Shown here: positions 33,644 through 45,003 of the stretch, piece by piece
Layout: each line of letters begins with the position of its first letter
How positions within the stretch are numbered: position 1 is the first letter of the stretch
DNA from: Rebecca billardiae RCC1528
Lineage: Eukaryota; Protista; Haptophyta
Assembly: GCA_965240325.2 (NCBI GenBank)
Contig: OZ251241.1
Location: 310,001 to 374,000, forward strand
Direction: 5' to 3'
DNA length: 64,000 nt
Notes under the pieces: generated by a model
Database searches by the model: none
What the model was told of the DNA's origin: nothing
The model's input: the letters and a program-made list of their open reading frames with translations, nothing else
Program-made: the position numbers and the translations under genes

Positions 33644-35210
33644 ATGTCGATCTCCCGCCACGCGCTGCTGGGCGCGGTGCTCGCCGCGCTCGCGTGGGGC
33701 GGCGCGCACGCCGTCGTGGCCGGTGGGCGTGGCGTGCGCCGGCCGGTCGGCGCGCCGCGCGCCGCCGTGCGGCAGGAGGCCACCGCCGTGTCCGAGTACA
33801 ACTCGATTGCGTTCGACAAGGTGGTGATGCGCACGTACAACCGCTTCCCGATCGCGATGTCGCGCGGCGCGGGGTGCGAGCTGTGGGACACGACGGGCAA
33901 GCGGTACCTCGACTTTGCGGCCGGCATCGCCACCGCCTGCCTCGGCCACGCGCACCCCGCGCTCTCCGACGCCATCGCCGAGCAGGCGAAGCGCGTCTGC
34001 CACGTGTCCAACCTCTACTACATCCCCGAGCAGGGCGAGCTGGCGGCGGAGCTGGTGAAGCGCTCGTTCGCGGACAAGGTGTTCTTCTGCAACTCGGGCG
34101 CCGAGGCGAACGAGGCGTCGATCAAGCTCGCGCGCAAGCACGCGCGCACTAAGCACGGCATCGAGCGGCCGGTGATCGTCTCGGCGGTCAACTCCTTCCA
34201 CGGGCGCACGCTCGCCACCATCGCCGCGACCGGCCAGCCCAAGTACCAGGCGCCTTTCCTGCCGATGCCGGTGCGCGCGCGCGCGCGCGCGCGCACGCGC
34301 ATGCCGAGTGGGACGCACGCCCGTCCTCGCCGCCACGCGCGCGCCCCCTGCGCTCGCGCTCCGCGCGCCTCTCATCGCGCGCGCCCTCGCCGCCGCGCGC
34401 GCGCCACCGCGCGCGCGTCTGCGCCGTGCCTCGCAGGAGGGCTTCGTGCACACGCCGTACAACGACGTGGACGCGCTGCGCAAGACGATCCAGCGGCTGG
34501 AGCGCGCGCCGCCCTTCGGGCTGCGCCGGCGCAAGCGCCTCGCCGCCATCCTCCTCGAGCCTCTGCAGGGCGAGGGCGGCATCACGCCGGGCGACAAGGC
34601 CTTCTTCCAGGCCGCGCGCGAGATCTGCGACGAGAAGGGTGCGCTGCTCATGTTCGACGAGGTGCAGACGGGCGTGGGGCGGACGGGGACGTTCTGGGCG
34701 CACGAGCAGCTCGGCGTCACGCCCGACGTGCTCTCCTGCGCCAAGGCCCTCGGCGGCGGCGTGCCCATCGGCGCGATGATGTGCTCGGACGAGGCGGACG
34801 TCTTCGCGCCGGGCGACCACGCGACCACGTACGGAGGCAACTTCCTCGCGTGCGCGGCCGGGCTAGCGGTCGTGCAGGAGATGGAGCGCAGCCGCATCCT
34901 CGACAACGTCAAGGCGCGCGGCGAGCAGCTGCAGTCCAAGCTGCGCGCGATCGTCGGCGAGTCCAACGGCGTGCTCACCGAGGTGCGCGGCATGGGCCTC
35001 ATCGTCGGCGTGCAGCTCGGAGACGCGGCGGGCGTGAGCGCGGCCGAGGTGTGCGGCGCCGCCTCGCGCCTCGGCCTGCTGCTGGTGCCGGCCGGCCCGA
35101 TGGTTGTGCGCTTCGTGCCGCCGCTGGTAGTCAGCGAGGCGGAGGTGGATGAGGCGGTGGACATCTTCCAGGCGGCGCTTGCCTCCGCGCGCGAAAACGC
35201 AAAGGCCTGA
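33644..35210 (+). CDS. argD: Acetylornithine aminotransferase, plastid-targeted (exons 33644-34270 and 34437-35210)
   Basis: YLDFAAGIATACLGH, FFCNSGAEANE, SFHGRT, EPLQGEGG, FDEVQTGVGRTG, AKALGGGVPIGA (PLP Lys), HATTYGGN. Intron 34271-34436. Signal plus transit peptide. Confidence 0.92.
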
Positions 35211-36187
35211 ATGGCGCCGCCAGACGATCGGACCCGAGTCAGAGTGGCCCGGCGCAGCGCGTCGGTGCGAGTGGCTCCCACCCGGTCTCAGGGCCGACAG
35301 CCACTCCCATCTCCACACTCCGACCACGACCTTCACCCGGTCTTGCACTCGGACTGCCGGAGGCAATCGCCACCCTCGCCGACCTGCTACGAGTTTGGCC
35401 GCGACTCGGCGCGAGTTCGGCGGCTTCCGCAACTCGGTAGTCGGTGTCGGCGGCCCTGTGGCGTGTAAGTGTCTGCACGGCCCGCGTGTGGCGTGTAAGT
35501 GTAACTCCGCCGCCCTGAGCGGTGAGGGGCCTACGCAACGACTCACGGTCGTTACTCATTTAATAAGCTATATATATCATCATTATCGTCAAGTACTTTT
35601 ATTAATTTATGGCGCACGGCCCCCCCCCCGAAAGGTCTGAGCGTGAGCGAAAGCCGGGGGGGGGCGGCGCACGTGCTCCGCAAAATCAAAAAGAGGATGC
35701 GCGCAGGATTTTGGGGATTTTTCGGTAGGTGGCCACCGCGTATGAGTGGATATCGCTGCCGCAATGATTGCGTTTGTAGTAGATGCTAATTTTAACGATA
35801 GTAACACTTAGGGGAATGCAGGGTGGAATAGCACATAACACCAGCCGTGTGTTAGAACATTCCGTCATAGTAAGATGCCTGAATTGTAAGAGCCTGAAAC
35901 AGCTCGCCAACCATAGAAACGATAGGTTGGGTCGTCAGCTTTGATTCACGCGCTTCTGAAAAACAGCGTTTTAGATTAGACGCATCCCTCTTCTCTTAAG
36001 AGAACTGCGCTAGAATAGTGTGGTGAGTGTGTCCTGGACAGCCTGAGCGGAAAGGTCAATAATCACGGTTGTGATTCAAGATTCCTCACCCCGTATTGCC
36101 AACTGATTCAAAGCCAATGCGGGTATGAATCGACGCGTTTGTGCTCTATCTGCGATCAATAAGAGCTCTCTGATTCAAATGGGTGTA

Positions 36188-36781
36188 CAGGTGGATACGG
36201 GCTAACTGGACACAGGGGCTATCTGGACACTCAGCGGGCGGCGGGCCTCGTGGCGAGGGCTCGTGGGCGAACGAGCACGAGCGCCCACTGGCGGGTCGCC
36301 ACGACGGCGCACGATGTTCGCTGAACTCACCTGGTCGTGAGACGTCGTCTGCGCACGCGCCAGGTCGCGCTTCTCGCCGCCTTCGCCTTGTTTCGTGAGT
36401 CCCGCGCACAAGGGCGAACGCCAGCGTTTCAAGCCGCAAGGCGCGTGCGCGGACTCAGGAAGGGCGGACTCCGAGGCAAGGCGCGGTTGCGCTGGCGTGG
36501 GTAGGTCCCAGAGCAACCGTCCGAGCCGCTGCACACGCTTTTCCTCCGCGCGCGCGTCTCTGAGCTCGATTCCCATGCCTCAGCCAGTGCCAGGGGCTAA
36601 TTGGACAGTGCCATTGCGGCCGCCACGCGCGGAGACGGGCCCGCAGCGCAGAAAGCGCGCTGCGGCGGAACTCCAGGGACCCCCTGAAGTCCGTCCCTGG
36701 CGCCCCTTCGACCCCAATGCTCCCAGGGAGGCCTCCGCGTGAGTTGGGTCGGCCACTGTCCAGATCACCCGTATCCACCTG
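36188..36781. mobile_element. MITE, Tc1/mariner(pogo)-type, TA TSD
   Basis: TA|CAGGTGGATACGGGCTAACTGGACA ... TGTCCAGATCACCCGTATCCACCTG|TA. Internal GGGGCTA(T/A)(C/T)TGGACA subrepeats near 36215 and 36594. Confidence 0.8.
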
Positions 36782-36841
36782 TACGCTGTCCTGGACAGAC
36801 TCTGATCAATAATGATGATCGGCACGAAAAGTTGCGCGTGA

Positions 36842-38156
36842 CGGCTCGGTGACGACGATCCAACGGCAAAGTGCCGCGGGTGCGGCGGTCGCGTCGGTGC
36901 GGCGGAGGCGGAGGCGGAGGCGTCGGGGGAGGCGGCTGAAGGGAGCGAGGGCGATGGTGGCGGCGCAGTCGAGGGAGGTGCGCCGAATGGCATGTCCGTC
37001 CTCACCCTCGCCGGCGGCGGCCGCCCGCGTGCCGCCGCCGCCGCGGCTCCGCGGCTTGCTGGCGACCGGACTGCACGGGTGATGCGACCGGACGCGCCGA
37101 TGCTGCGCGCGTACGGGGTGGCGCAGCTGCTGCTCGAGGTGATCGCGCACTGCGCGCTCGACCCCGCCGAGCCCGCCGCATGCGCCACCCTCTCCGCAGG
37201 CTGCGTCGCAAATCTGACCTATCCGGTCGACAGGCGTCTGCACTCGGACCGCGCGGCGGTGCGGCGCGAGGCCGAGCGCGGGAGCCTGGGCGGCGGCGGG
37301 CGCGCGGCGGGGCATGTGCTGCCCGAGAGGCTGGCGCACTCGCCCAGCGCCGCCGCGCACACCGCCGCCGACCTCGCGCGCACGACCTCCGTCAACTCCT
37401 CCGTCAGCGGCGGAGAGCGCGTCGCGTCACGCCGCCCACGCGGCTGGTCTCTGCCGCCCAGCCGGTTCGTCATCCGAGCGCAGTCGCCCGGCGGCGGCGG
37501 GGCGGATCGGAGGCGGCGGCGTCGGAGGGCGGCGTCGGAGGGCGGCGTCGGAGGGCGGCGTCGGAGGGCGGCGTCGGAGGGCGGAGCGGAGGGCGGCGGC
37601 GCGCCGCCGCCGCCGCCCGACGGGCTGCCGCGATCGCCGCTCGCCGCCGCGATCGCCGCCGCCGACGGCAGCGGCGGCGCGCGGGCGCCCGCAGCGCGCG
37701 CCGGGCCGGTCGCCGCCTGGGTGGTGGGACCGCCGCTGGGGGGCGGGGCGGGCGGAGGAGATGGCGGTGGCGAAGGAGGACGCGGTGGTGGACGTGGACG
37801 TCACGCAGTCCGGGCTGCACTGGCTCATCCACCTCCTCTCCGCACTCGACCCGCCGCCGTCACCGACGGCGCAGCAGCTGGCGGCGGCGCGACGGACGGT
37901 GGCGGGCGCGGCCGCGGCCGAAGCGGGCGCGCGCCGCGCGCGCCGCTGCGGCGGCGTGGAGCGGCGGGAGCTGAGCGGCGCGCTGCTGCACACGCAGTCA
38001 CGCTGCGCTTACGTGCTGCAGGACGCTGTGCGAGCGCGCCACCGCCGACGCCGTCGCGCCGCCGCTGCCCCCGCCGCACCGGCACCGTCCGACCGTCCGA
38101 CCGTGTCGTCACAAGCCGCGGCTGCTGCTCACATTCACAAGCTGCGTGATCGGTGA
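36842..38156 (+). pseudogene. 5'-truncated or frameshifted ARM-like gene fragment
   Basis: LRAYGVAQLLLEVI...SAGCVANLT lies in one frame and MAVAKEDAVV...GLHWLIHLL in another. Coding-like sequence runs upstream of the first Met to a TGA near the MITE. Confidence 0.45.
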
Positions 38157-38233
38157 CTCTGAGCACTAGCCACTAGGGCCGTGCGCCCCCAACTTCGTTG
38201 TTCACTACCCGAAGATCGGCGTAGCCGATCATA
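37338..38233 (+). repeat. 896-bp segment, copy A of inverted duplication
   Basis: Reverse complement of 46381-47276; only one difference noticed (near 37450). Contains a 13-bp tandem repeat GGAGGGCGGCGTC. Confidence 0.9.
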
Positions 38234-38662
38234 ATACTGATTAGGCATTAGCAGCAGAGTACAGCACGGGCTGAGTGGCTGAAGACTTAGGCTCTCAAGT
38301 AGAACGGTCAGACGCGATTTATGACGGCACAGGCGGCACTCGGATCGCCATGCTGCGCCACTGGCAGCGCCGCTGCCACATCGTGCGAGCTCCGCCCGCT
38401 CCGGTCGCCCACGATCACGGAGCACGGCCGCCGATGGACATCAAGTTGCTGACCAGCAGACGCTGTCCGAAGCAGTAGCCAGTCGTGGAACGTGCACCGT
38501 GATGATCGCCCATGGTGATGCAGCATTGGCAGCCGCTGCTGCGCTCCCAGCGCGCGCACTCCGCACGGAGCAGGCACGCAGCGAGCAGCTCGGGCTGCGA
38601 GCGGCTGCAGCAGGCGGGTGCTGAGCATGGCCTCGCGGGGCGGTTTTTAATGCGCCGCGCCG

Positions 38663-39526
38663 TCACGAGGCCAGATCGGGCTCCGCCCCCGCGGGCATGC
38701 ATGCGCTGCGCATCTCGTCGTCGGCTGCTCTCCCCTTCGCGTCGGGCGGGACGGGGGCCACGGCCGTCAGCCCGCCCGCCGCCTCGGCCGCCCACTGCTC
38801 GAGGGCTGCGACCAGCTCGGCGCGCCCCGCCTGTAGCTCCTGCGCGTGGAAGCGCGCGCGCGCCACGCTGCCCGCGTGCGAGAAGCGCAGCTCCAGCTCG
38901 TCGTTCAGACCACCCATGGGGTTGAACTCGCGGTACTCCGCCGCCGCGATGAACGTGGACGCCGGGATGACCAGCGCGCTGCCGGGCCGGCTGCGCAGGC
39001 GCAGGACGAGGCACGGCTCGTGGGGCTCGAGCCCGAGCGCGCTCCGCGGCACGAGGAAGAGGCCGAGGCGGAAGTGGCCGCGCGCGAGGAGGTAGCGCTC
39101 GTACATCGCGTGCGCTGCGCGCCATGTGACGAGTGCGGACGCCAGCAGCAGCGCGCTCGCCGCGAAGAGTCCGATGGGCGTGCGAACGCTCGCCACCGTC
39201 TGCCGTTGCGATGGCACCAGCTCTGCGCGGATGGCAACCACCGCGCAGGTAACGAAGAGCGGCACGATCAAGGCGCATACCGATGTGATGAGCACGATGT
39301 GCACGCCCTTCGGGATGAAGCGCACGCTGGCAGGCAGCGGCGTCGTGCCATCGGCGCACGCGGAGACGACGGCCTCCCACTTCGCCACAGCTGCGCCGTC
39401 ATCGGTTGCCGTCTGGCCGGCCACGCCGCTCGATTTGAAGAGCGCGTCGTAGCCGCGCGGGCGGCGCGCGAGACGACGATCGTACGTCGCTCGCCGACGT
39501 GCGCGCGCACTCGCCACCGCCTGCAT
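38663..39526 (-). CDS. Hypothetical two-TM membrane protein
   Basis: Two hydrophobic helices (IVLITSVCALIVPLFVTCAVVAI; IGLFAASALLLASALVTW) followed by a soluble beta-rich domain. Confidence 0.65.
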   Translation of the reverse strand: MQAVASARARRRATYDRRLARRPRGYDALFKSSGVAGQTATDDGAAVAKWEAVVSACADGTTPLPASVRFIPKGVHIVLITSVCALIVPLFVTCAVVAIRAELVPSQRQTVASVRTPIGLFAASALLLASALVTWRAAHAMYERYLLARGHFRLGLFLVPRSALGLEPHEPCLVLRLRSRPGSALVIPASTFIAAAEYREFNPMGGLNDELELRFSHAGSVARARFHAQELQAGRAELVAALEQWAAEAAGGLTAVAPVPPDAKGRAADDEMRSACMPAGAEPDLAS

Positions 39527-39786
39527 GTGCGCGTGTGGACGCCCTGGAGGAGGGGGCTCCGCCCACCGAGCAGTTGCGCGACGACCCACCCTTTTCGCTT
39601 TTGCCTGTGCGGCGGCAAGGAGGGCGAGGGGCTCTGACCGGCGCCGGACTCAAGCCAGCCGCCGCCGTCGTCGGTCGGTAACGTCGCCCGGCGAAGGTAA
39701 CGATGCGACAAATCACCCCGATTATTGAGAACGCGAATCGGCATCGGCGCGCCAGAGAAGAAGACGCGACGACGCCCCCGATCAGC

Positions 39787-40530
39787 ATGGCCTGGGCGTG
39801 GGCGCTCCTCGCCTCCATGGCGAGCGCGAGCGCCAGCACGGATCTTGCCGCCTTTCGGCGCGCGCTCTTCGATGACATGCGTGCAAGGCATGGCGCAGCA
39901 AGTCCCGGCTCACCACTACGCGTTCGAGTGCAGCCGGCGCCGCCCGTCGGCTCTGCGGCCGCGGAGCTTGACGCTGTGCGCGTCGCACGCCTCGACGCGC
40001 TGCGTGACGAGGTCTTCGGCTCCGCCGAGGTCATGCGCGCGCGTGCTCGCGCGCTGGACGCCGACTTGCAGCTTGCCCGCGCGGAAGCCGCAGAGTCCCG
40101 CGCCCGCAACGCCGAGCTCGAGGCGGAGGTGCACGAGGCGCGTGAGCTGCTCGACGCAGGAGATGAGCGGAGCGCCGTGCTGCAGGCGCTGCTGGGCGAG
40201 ATGCGCCCGCAGCTCGACGGCGCGCGCGCGGAGCTCTCGAGCGCACACGAGCAGCTCGATGCCGCGCGCGCCGAGCTCGAGCTCACGCGCGCCGAGCTCG
40301 AGAGCGCGCGGGCGGCTGCGCGCGAGCAAGAGCAGCGAGCGCACGGGCTCGATGCCGAGCTGAGCGCCGCCAACGCCGCCAAGGGCGAGCTGGTCGTGCA
40401 GATCGCGCAGGCCGACCGCGAGGCGCGGCAGTTGCAGGAGCGACTGCGCGATGTGGAGGCCGAGGCCCAGGCCGCACGCGACAGCCTCTCGCGGGCCATG
40501 AGCACACCCGATGATGTGCCAGGCTACTGA
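39787..40530 (+). CDS. Coiled-coil protein with N-terminal signal peptide
   Basis: MAWAWALLASMASASA signal, then heptad-rich ELEAEVHEARELL...ELELTRAELESA. Confidence 0.7.
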   Translation: MAWAWALLASMASASASTDLAAFRRALFDDMRARHGAASPGSPLRVRVQPAPPVGSAAAELDAVRVARLDALRDEVFGSAEVMRARARALDADLQLARAEAAESRARNAELEAEVHEARELLDAGDERSAVLQALLGEMRPQLDGARAELSSAHEQLDAARAELELTRAELESARAAAREQEQRAHGLDAELSAANAAKGELVVQIAQADREARQLQERLRDVEAEAQAARDSLSRAMSTPDDVPGY

Positions 40531-41110
40531 GCTGCTGAGCTGCAGCACAGAGCGGCGCCGAAGCGGCTGCAGTCCAAGCCGCTGTGCCGTGGCATTGATG
40601 GCGCCTCGTGAGTCGTGACCTGGGGTCACCGAGCTAAGTGCAGAACCAGGCGGTGACTGAGCCGTCCGTGCTGGCAAGGCTTCTCCACCTGCGTCCCGTG
40701 TCCGCGCATTGCGACGCGTGTGATGCATCTATGCTTATTGCTTCATGAGCGTGTCGTCGATGATTTTTCTCGGGCGCGGTTCGTCAGAAGCGCAATTATG
40801 TAAGCGCGGGCGCAAAATTCGCTGGCTGGCGGTTTGCGCACGCTTTTTCACAAAATTAGACGGAGATCGATGAATTCGTCATTGATTGTCGGCGGACTGT
40901 CCGGTTTTCATCCCAAGAGGCCAAGATCGGCGTTCGGCGGTCCGGCCGAAATCGATCGTCCCTCGTCGCAATTTCGGTCGGCTGAGCGGAAGTCGATCAC
41001 GCAAGCACGCGGCGACCCGCGGCCCAACCTCCAAGCAGGTGCTCGCAAAGCGAGGCCAAACTCGGATCCAACAATGGTGAGCGGCTGCTGAGGGCAGAAT
41101 GTGCGGCTCC

Positions 41111-41899
41111 ATGAAGATGCTCAAGCCGCACGGGCGCAGGGTGACGGCGCTGCCGCCCATTCGCAGGCGCGACTTCATCACACGCGGGCAGTTTAGGAAG
41201 CTGGTCAAGCACACGTGCGCGCCCGCGCCCGCGCCCTGGTCTCAGATGCAGCGCGCGCCACCAGCCGCCGATGCGCAGCGCATCCTCCGCAATCACGCGC
41301 CAACCCGTCCCAACCCCCGCCGCGGCGTGCTCCCGCCGCAGGCTGGACCACCTCGAACCCCATCTCTCCGCCAGTCAGCGGCAGTTCCTCGCGTCGGTGC
41401 TGGTGCGCGCACGTGCGAGGCTGCGACCACATTCTGTGCGATCGAAATTCGGCGAGCTCATTTTCCCTCCGCCCGCGCGCGCGCACGCAGACAAAGCGGC
41501 GTACGTCGCTGGTAGGACTGTGGGGCATTTTGCCACACGTGGTGGGTGCGTTTGCGTTCGTGGAAGCTGTGCAGCGGGCTCACTGGCAGCTGCAGCTCGA
41601 GCAGCCGTCATCAGGTGTGCAGCGCGAGCGCGCGCGCATGCATGTGCCTCCTCAATTGCGATCGTGCGCTTGCGCCCCTTGGAGGGTGCAGCGGTCGGCG
41701 TGCGCCGGTGCGCATCGCTGTGCTGCCATGCGTGCCTCACCGTGCCTCTCCATGTACCCTCCCGCCGCCCCTCCCCCGCGCGGCAGACGGGCGTGCAGAT
41801 AGCGGCACAACAGCCGCAGCAGACACACCTTCGGACAGCGACGCGCAGGCCGGCGCGGAGGGTGCCGGCAGCACGAGCGAAAGCCACTTGCCCTGTTAG
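41111..41899 (+). CDS. Small 4-exon protein (129 aa), possibly RST-domain-like
   Basis: Exons 41111-41214, 41342-41402, 41491-41614 and 41799-41899, joined by GTG(C/T)GC...GCAG introns, give a continuous frame: ...FRKLVKHTLDHLEPHLSASQRQFLASVLTKRRTSLVGLWGILPHVVGAFAFVEAVQRAHW... Confidence 0.55.
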
Positions 41900-42582
41900 C
41901 ACGGCATGGATCCGATGGTGACGCAGCCCACGCGGATGACGGGTGACGGGCGCACGGCATGCTCCTGTGGCCTCGAGTGACAACGGCGGGCGCGCACGTG
42001 CCCGTCGGCGTGATCGTCGGCGGAGGCGTCGCAGACGTGTGTCGCGCACGTTGGCGGAAGGCGGCATCTCGTTCACGAGCGGTGGCGGCGTCATTCCTCG
42101 CGCTGCCAGTCGTGGCCGATCCCGGCGAGGTCTACCCCGCCCTATTTATACCTGTGAAGGCCCGGCCCTGCCCCTCGCGCTGCGAACTGTGCGCCTGCTC
42201 AGCAGCGCGCACGCCGCTGGCGATGCTGGGCCGTCGTGCCGCCACAGCGCTCAACGCCGATCACCGTGCTCGTCACCTTCCGCAGAAGCTGCCATGTTCC
42301 GCCTCGTCCTCTTCCTGTTCGGACTCGCTTGGCATCGGCGGCCGCTCGCACGGGGACGACTTCGTCTCGGCCCGCTGTAGCATCCCGCGGCCGTGGCGAC
42401 GAAACCAGCTGTCACAAGGTCATCGAGCCGACGGCCGACACGCCCGTGGCTCGCGGGCCACTGTGGCCCATGCGGCATGCCAGCGCCGGTGGCAGTGCCG
42501 CACTACTGGGCGGCGCGTGACATCATAGATCATCATCATCGTAGTAGCAGCTGCTCTAGCTTCCAAGGCAGCTCGGTCAGAC

Positions 42583-42694
<112 letters not shown>

Positions 42695-43434
42695 CACACA
42701 GCGCAGGATCGCCCGCCAGCCACGACCGTAAGCTAATTCGGCGAACCCATTAAAAAAATGCGATAACTGCCGACCCGGCTCCCTCGCCGGCAGTTGGACG
42801 CGGCCGGCGGACGGCCGGAGGCGAATTGGTCGAGCGCTTCGCGATGTCGTCGAAATCGCCCATCGCGCGACGAACGTCGCCAGCTGGCGTCGGCCTGGGA
42901 CCGAGCGGCTTGGCTGGGCCGCGATGGTGCGTGCGCTTCAGCTGCGCAATACAGTTCCCCGCATTTGCGGCGCGGCGCAGGCATCGCTCCGCCGCATCCA
43001 TCGTCCACCTGCACCCCGTTTGCACGCGCGGCCATGATTTGAACATTCGCGCGCGCGGAGGCGCGCACAGCGCCGAGCCCCTTGGAGATGCGGGTCTGGC
43101 GAATAAGTGGCGATGGGCGGGATCGGAGTGTAGATGCCCAAAATGCGCATCACGTATCCTGCATCTGACGCGTTCACCATGCACGCGCGCCCTTTCTGCC
43201 GCTCGCCTGCATTTGGTCGCATCTGCCCGCCGCCGCGGATCGCCGCGCGCGCAGACACTTGGCGTGAAAGAAGGGCGGGGAGAAGGACGTGCGAGGTCTA
43301 ATGCCGCATACGAAGGGCCCCTCGATGCATTTTCACCGGTACACCAACCAGATCACACAGCAGAGCGTGCTCGCGCGGCAGAAGCGCACTGTTTGTGGAG
43401 CTCGCGCGAGGCGGTCGAGGCGGCATGGCAGGCG

Positions 43435-44581
43435 ATGTGTGGGTCTGGTAGCGCTCTGGCGACGGCGATGAACGCGTTGCACGTCGCGCACCTCGCTATC
43501 TGCATGTCCGCGTGCAGCGCCGCCCTCTTCGTCGCGCAGGTGCGCAAGATTCATGAGCGGCTGCGGCGTGACTCGGCGACGTGACCGGCAGGCGGCAAGC
43601 GGCTTGACTGCTGCGTTCCTGCACGAGGCACTGTGTGCGCCCGAGTTCGTCGCGCTCGGCGGTATGGAGGTGGTGGAGCAGAACGTCCGCTCGGTGTGCA
43701 CCGTCGCCTGCAGTACCGTTCCTGAGAACCCAGCCTTCCTCGGCCTCGACGCACGCGGCGAGGCGTGCCGAACAGACTTGGTCTGCTCGTTCAGCGCGGT
43801 CATCTCGCTCAAGTTCATGCACAACGGCGAGGTCGTACTTGCGCTCGTCAACCTCACCACGGCCGTGTCCGAGCCCAACGTGCAGCCCGTGACGACCGTT
43901 GCCGCTCGGCGGGACGGTCCGGCATCCCGTGTCACAGCTCAGCCGCTCTGTGCCCGGACCGCGCGGGCCGCGCGGCTCGCCGCCGTTGAAGCTCCGCCGC
44001 CGCAGCAGCCAGCGCAGCAGTCGGCGGCGCGACGGCTGCCGCCGCTGCCGCCGGCGCCGCGGCTCGCTCGCTGCACGAGACAGACAGAAGTCGGCGCGCG
44101 CCACCAGTCGTCGCAGCGGTCCGTACCGGCGCGATCCTCGCGTGAGGCCATCATGAGAGCTGACTACGGGGACTCTCACTCGCCGCCGGGTCACACTGAT
44201 GGCCCGGAGCGGCCGCGGCCGCGGCAGGGCGGGTCACCGGTGGCGCGGGTGCCAGTAGCTACCGCCCGGGTGCCAGTAGCTACTGGCACCCGGGGCCTAG
44301 CTAGTATCTATAGTATAGCTACTGGCACCCGCGCGCCCGGGCCCGGCCGCGGCGTCACGCAGTCAGCACGGCTCACACTACGATATGACCGGTTACTCAC
44401 CGATGAGCTCGGACGGACCGGGTCTGTCCGGTTGGACGTCGAGTTTCATTGCGGACTACGCCGTACGCGGCTGACCGCCCGACGATCGGCCGGCCCCGCG
44501 GCGGAGGCGGCAGCGGGCGCGGAGGCTGACCGGAGGCGCGGAGCGGGTCGGGCGCAGCTGACTCAGCAGCCTCCGCGATGA
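43435..44581 (+). CDS. Hypothetical protein (probable intron 43540-43591), weak PAS-like segment
   Basis: A GTGCGC...GCAG intron joins ...SAALFVAQ to AASGLTAAFLHEAL...SFSAVISLKFMHNGEVVLALVNLT in frame. Start and true 3' end uncertain. Confidence 0.4.
44243..44334. repeat. Nested palindromic mini-element
   Basis: Perfect 30-bp palindrome CCCGGGTGCCAGTAGCTACTGGCACCCGGG (44265-44294) inside 19-bp outer inverted repeats of the same motif (44243-44261 and 44316-44334). Confidence 0.85.
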
Positions 44582-45003
44582 CTCTCACGACGTACGGTCC
44601 TACTGGTCGATAACACGACTCTCACTTGGTCAGGCGACTGCTACTACTTACTAGTACCGTACACTCTACAGTGAGCCGCGCGGGCCCGGGCTGACCGCGC
44701 GCACCGCCGGGCGCGGCTGCTGCCACAAGTCACGACTCAGCGCCGGACGATGACCGGGACCGGGACTCAGTCCGACAGCTGCGTGGCAGGCCGTGACCGA
44801 CGTGAACGGTGAATCCGACTCCGAGCTTTGAAGCACTTCATCACTGCTCGTCCGACTGGATGGCGCGGCTGCTCGCTGCTCGTGCGCCGCACCGCCGCCA
44901 CCGCCTCCGCCGCGCTCTCGTGCGCGGAGGCTTGGCGCCGAGTCCTTCGCGCGCGAGCTCGAGCTTGCACGCGCCTGGGACGCGCGCCCGCACCCCGCAC
45001 GTG

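Noticed and set aside
35625-35660. Hammerhead ribozyme-like CTGA...GAAA
   Set aside because: The core reads CUGAGCG rather than CUGANGA, and no stem III or NUH cleavage site is evident.
38308-38628. 106-aa ORF with a mitochondrial-presequence-like start
   Set aside because: Begins 35 bp after the upstream gene's stop, has no recognisable domain, and is likely 3' UTR.
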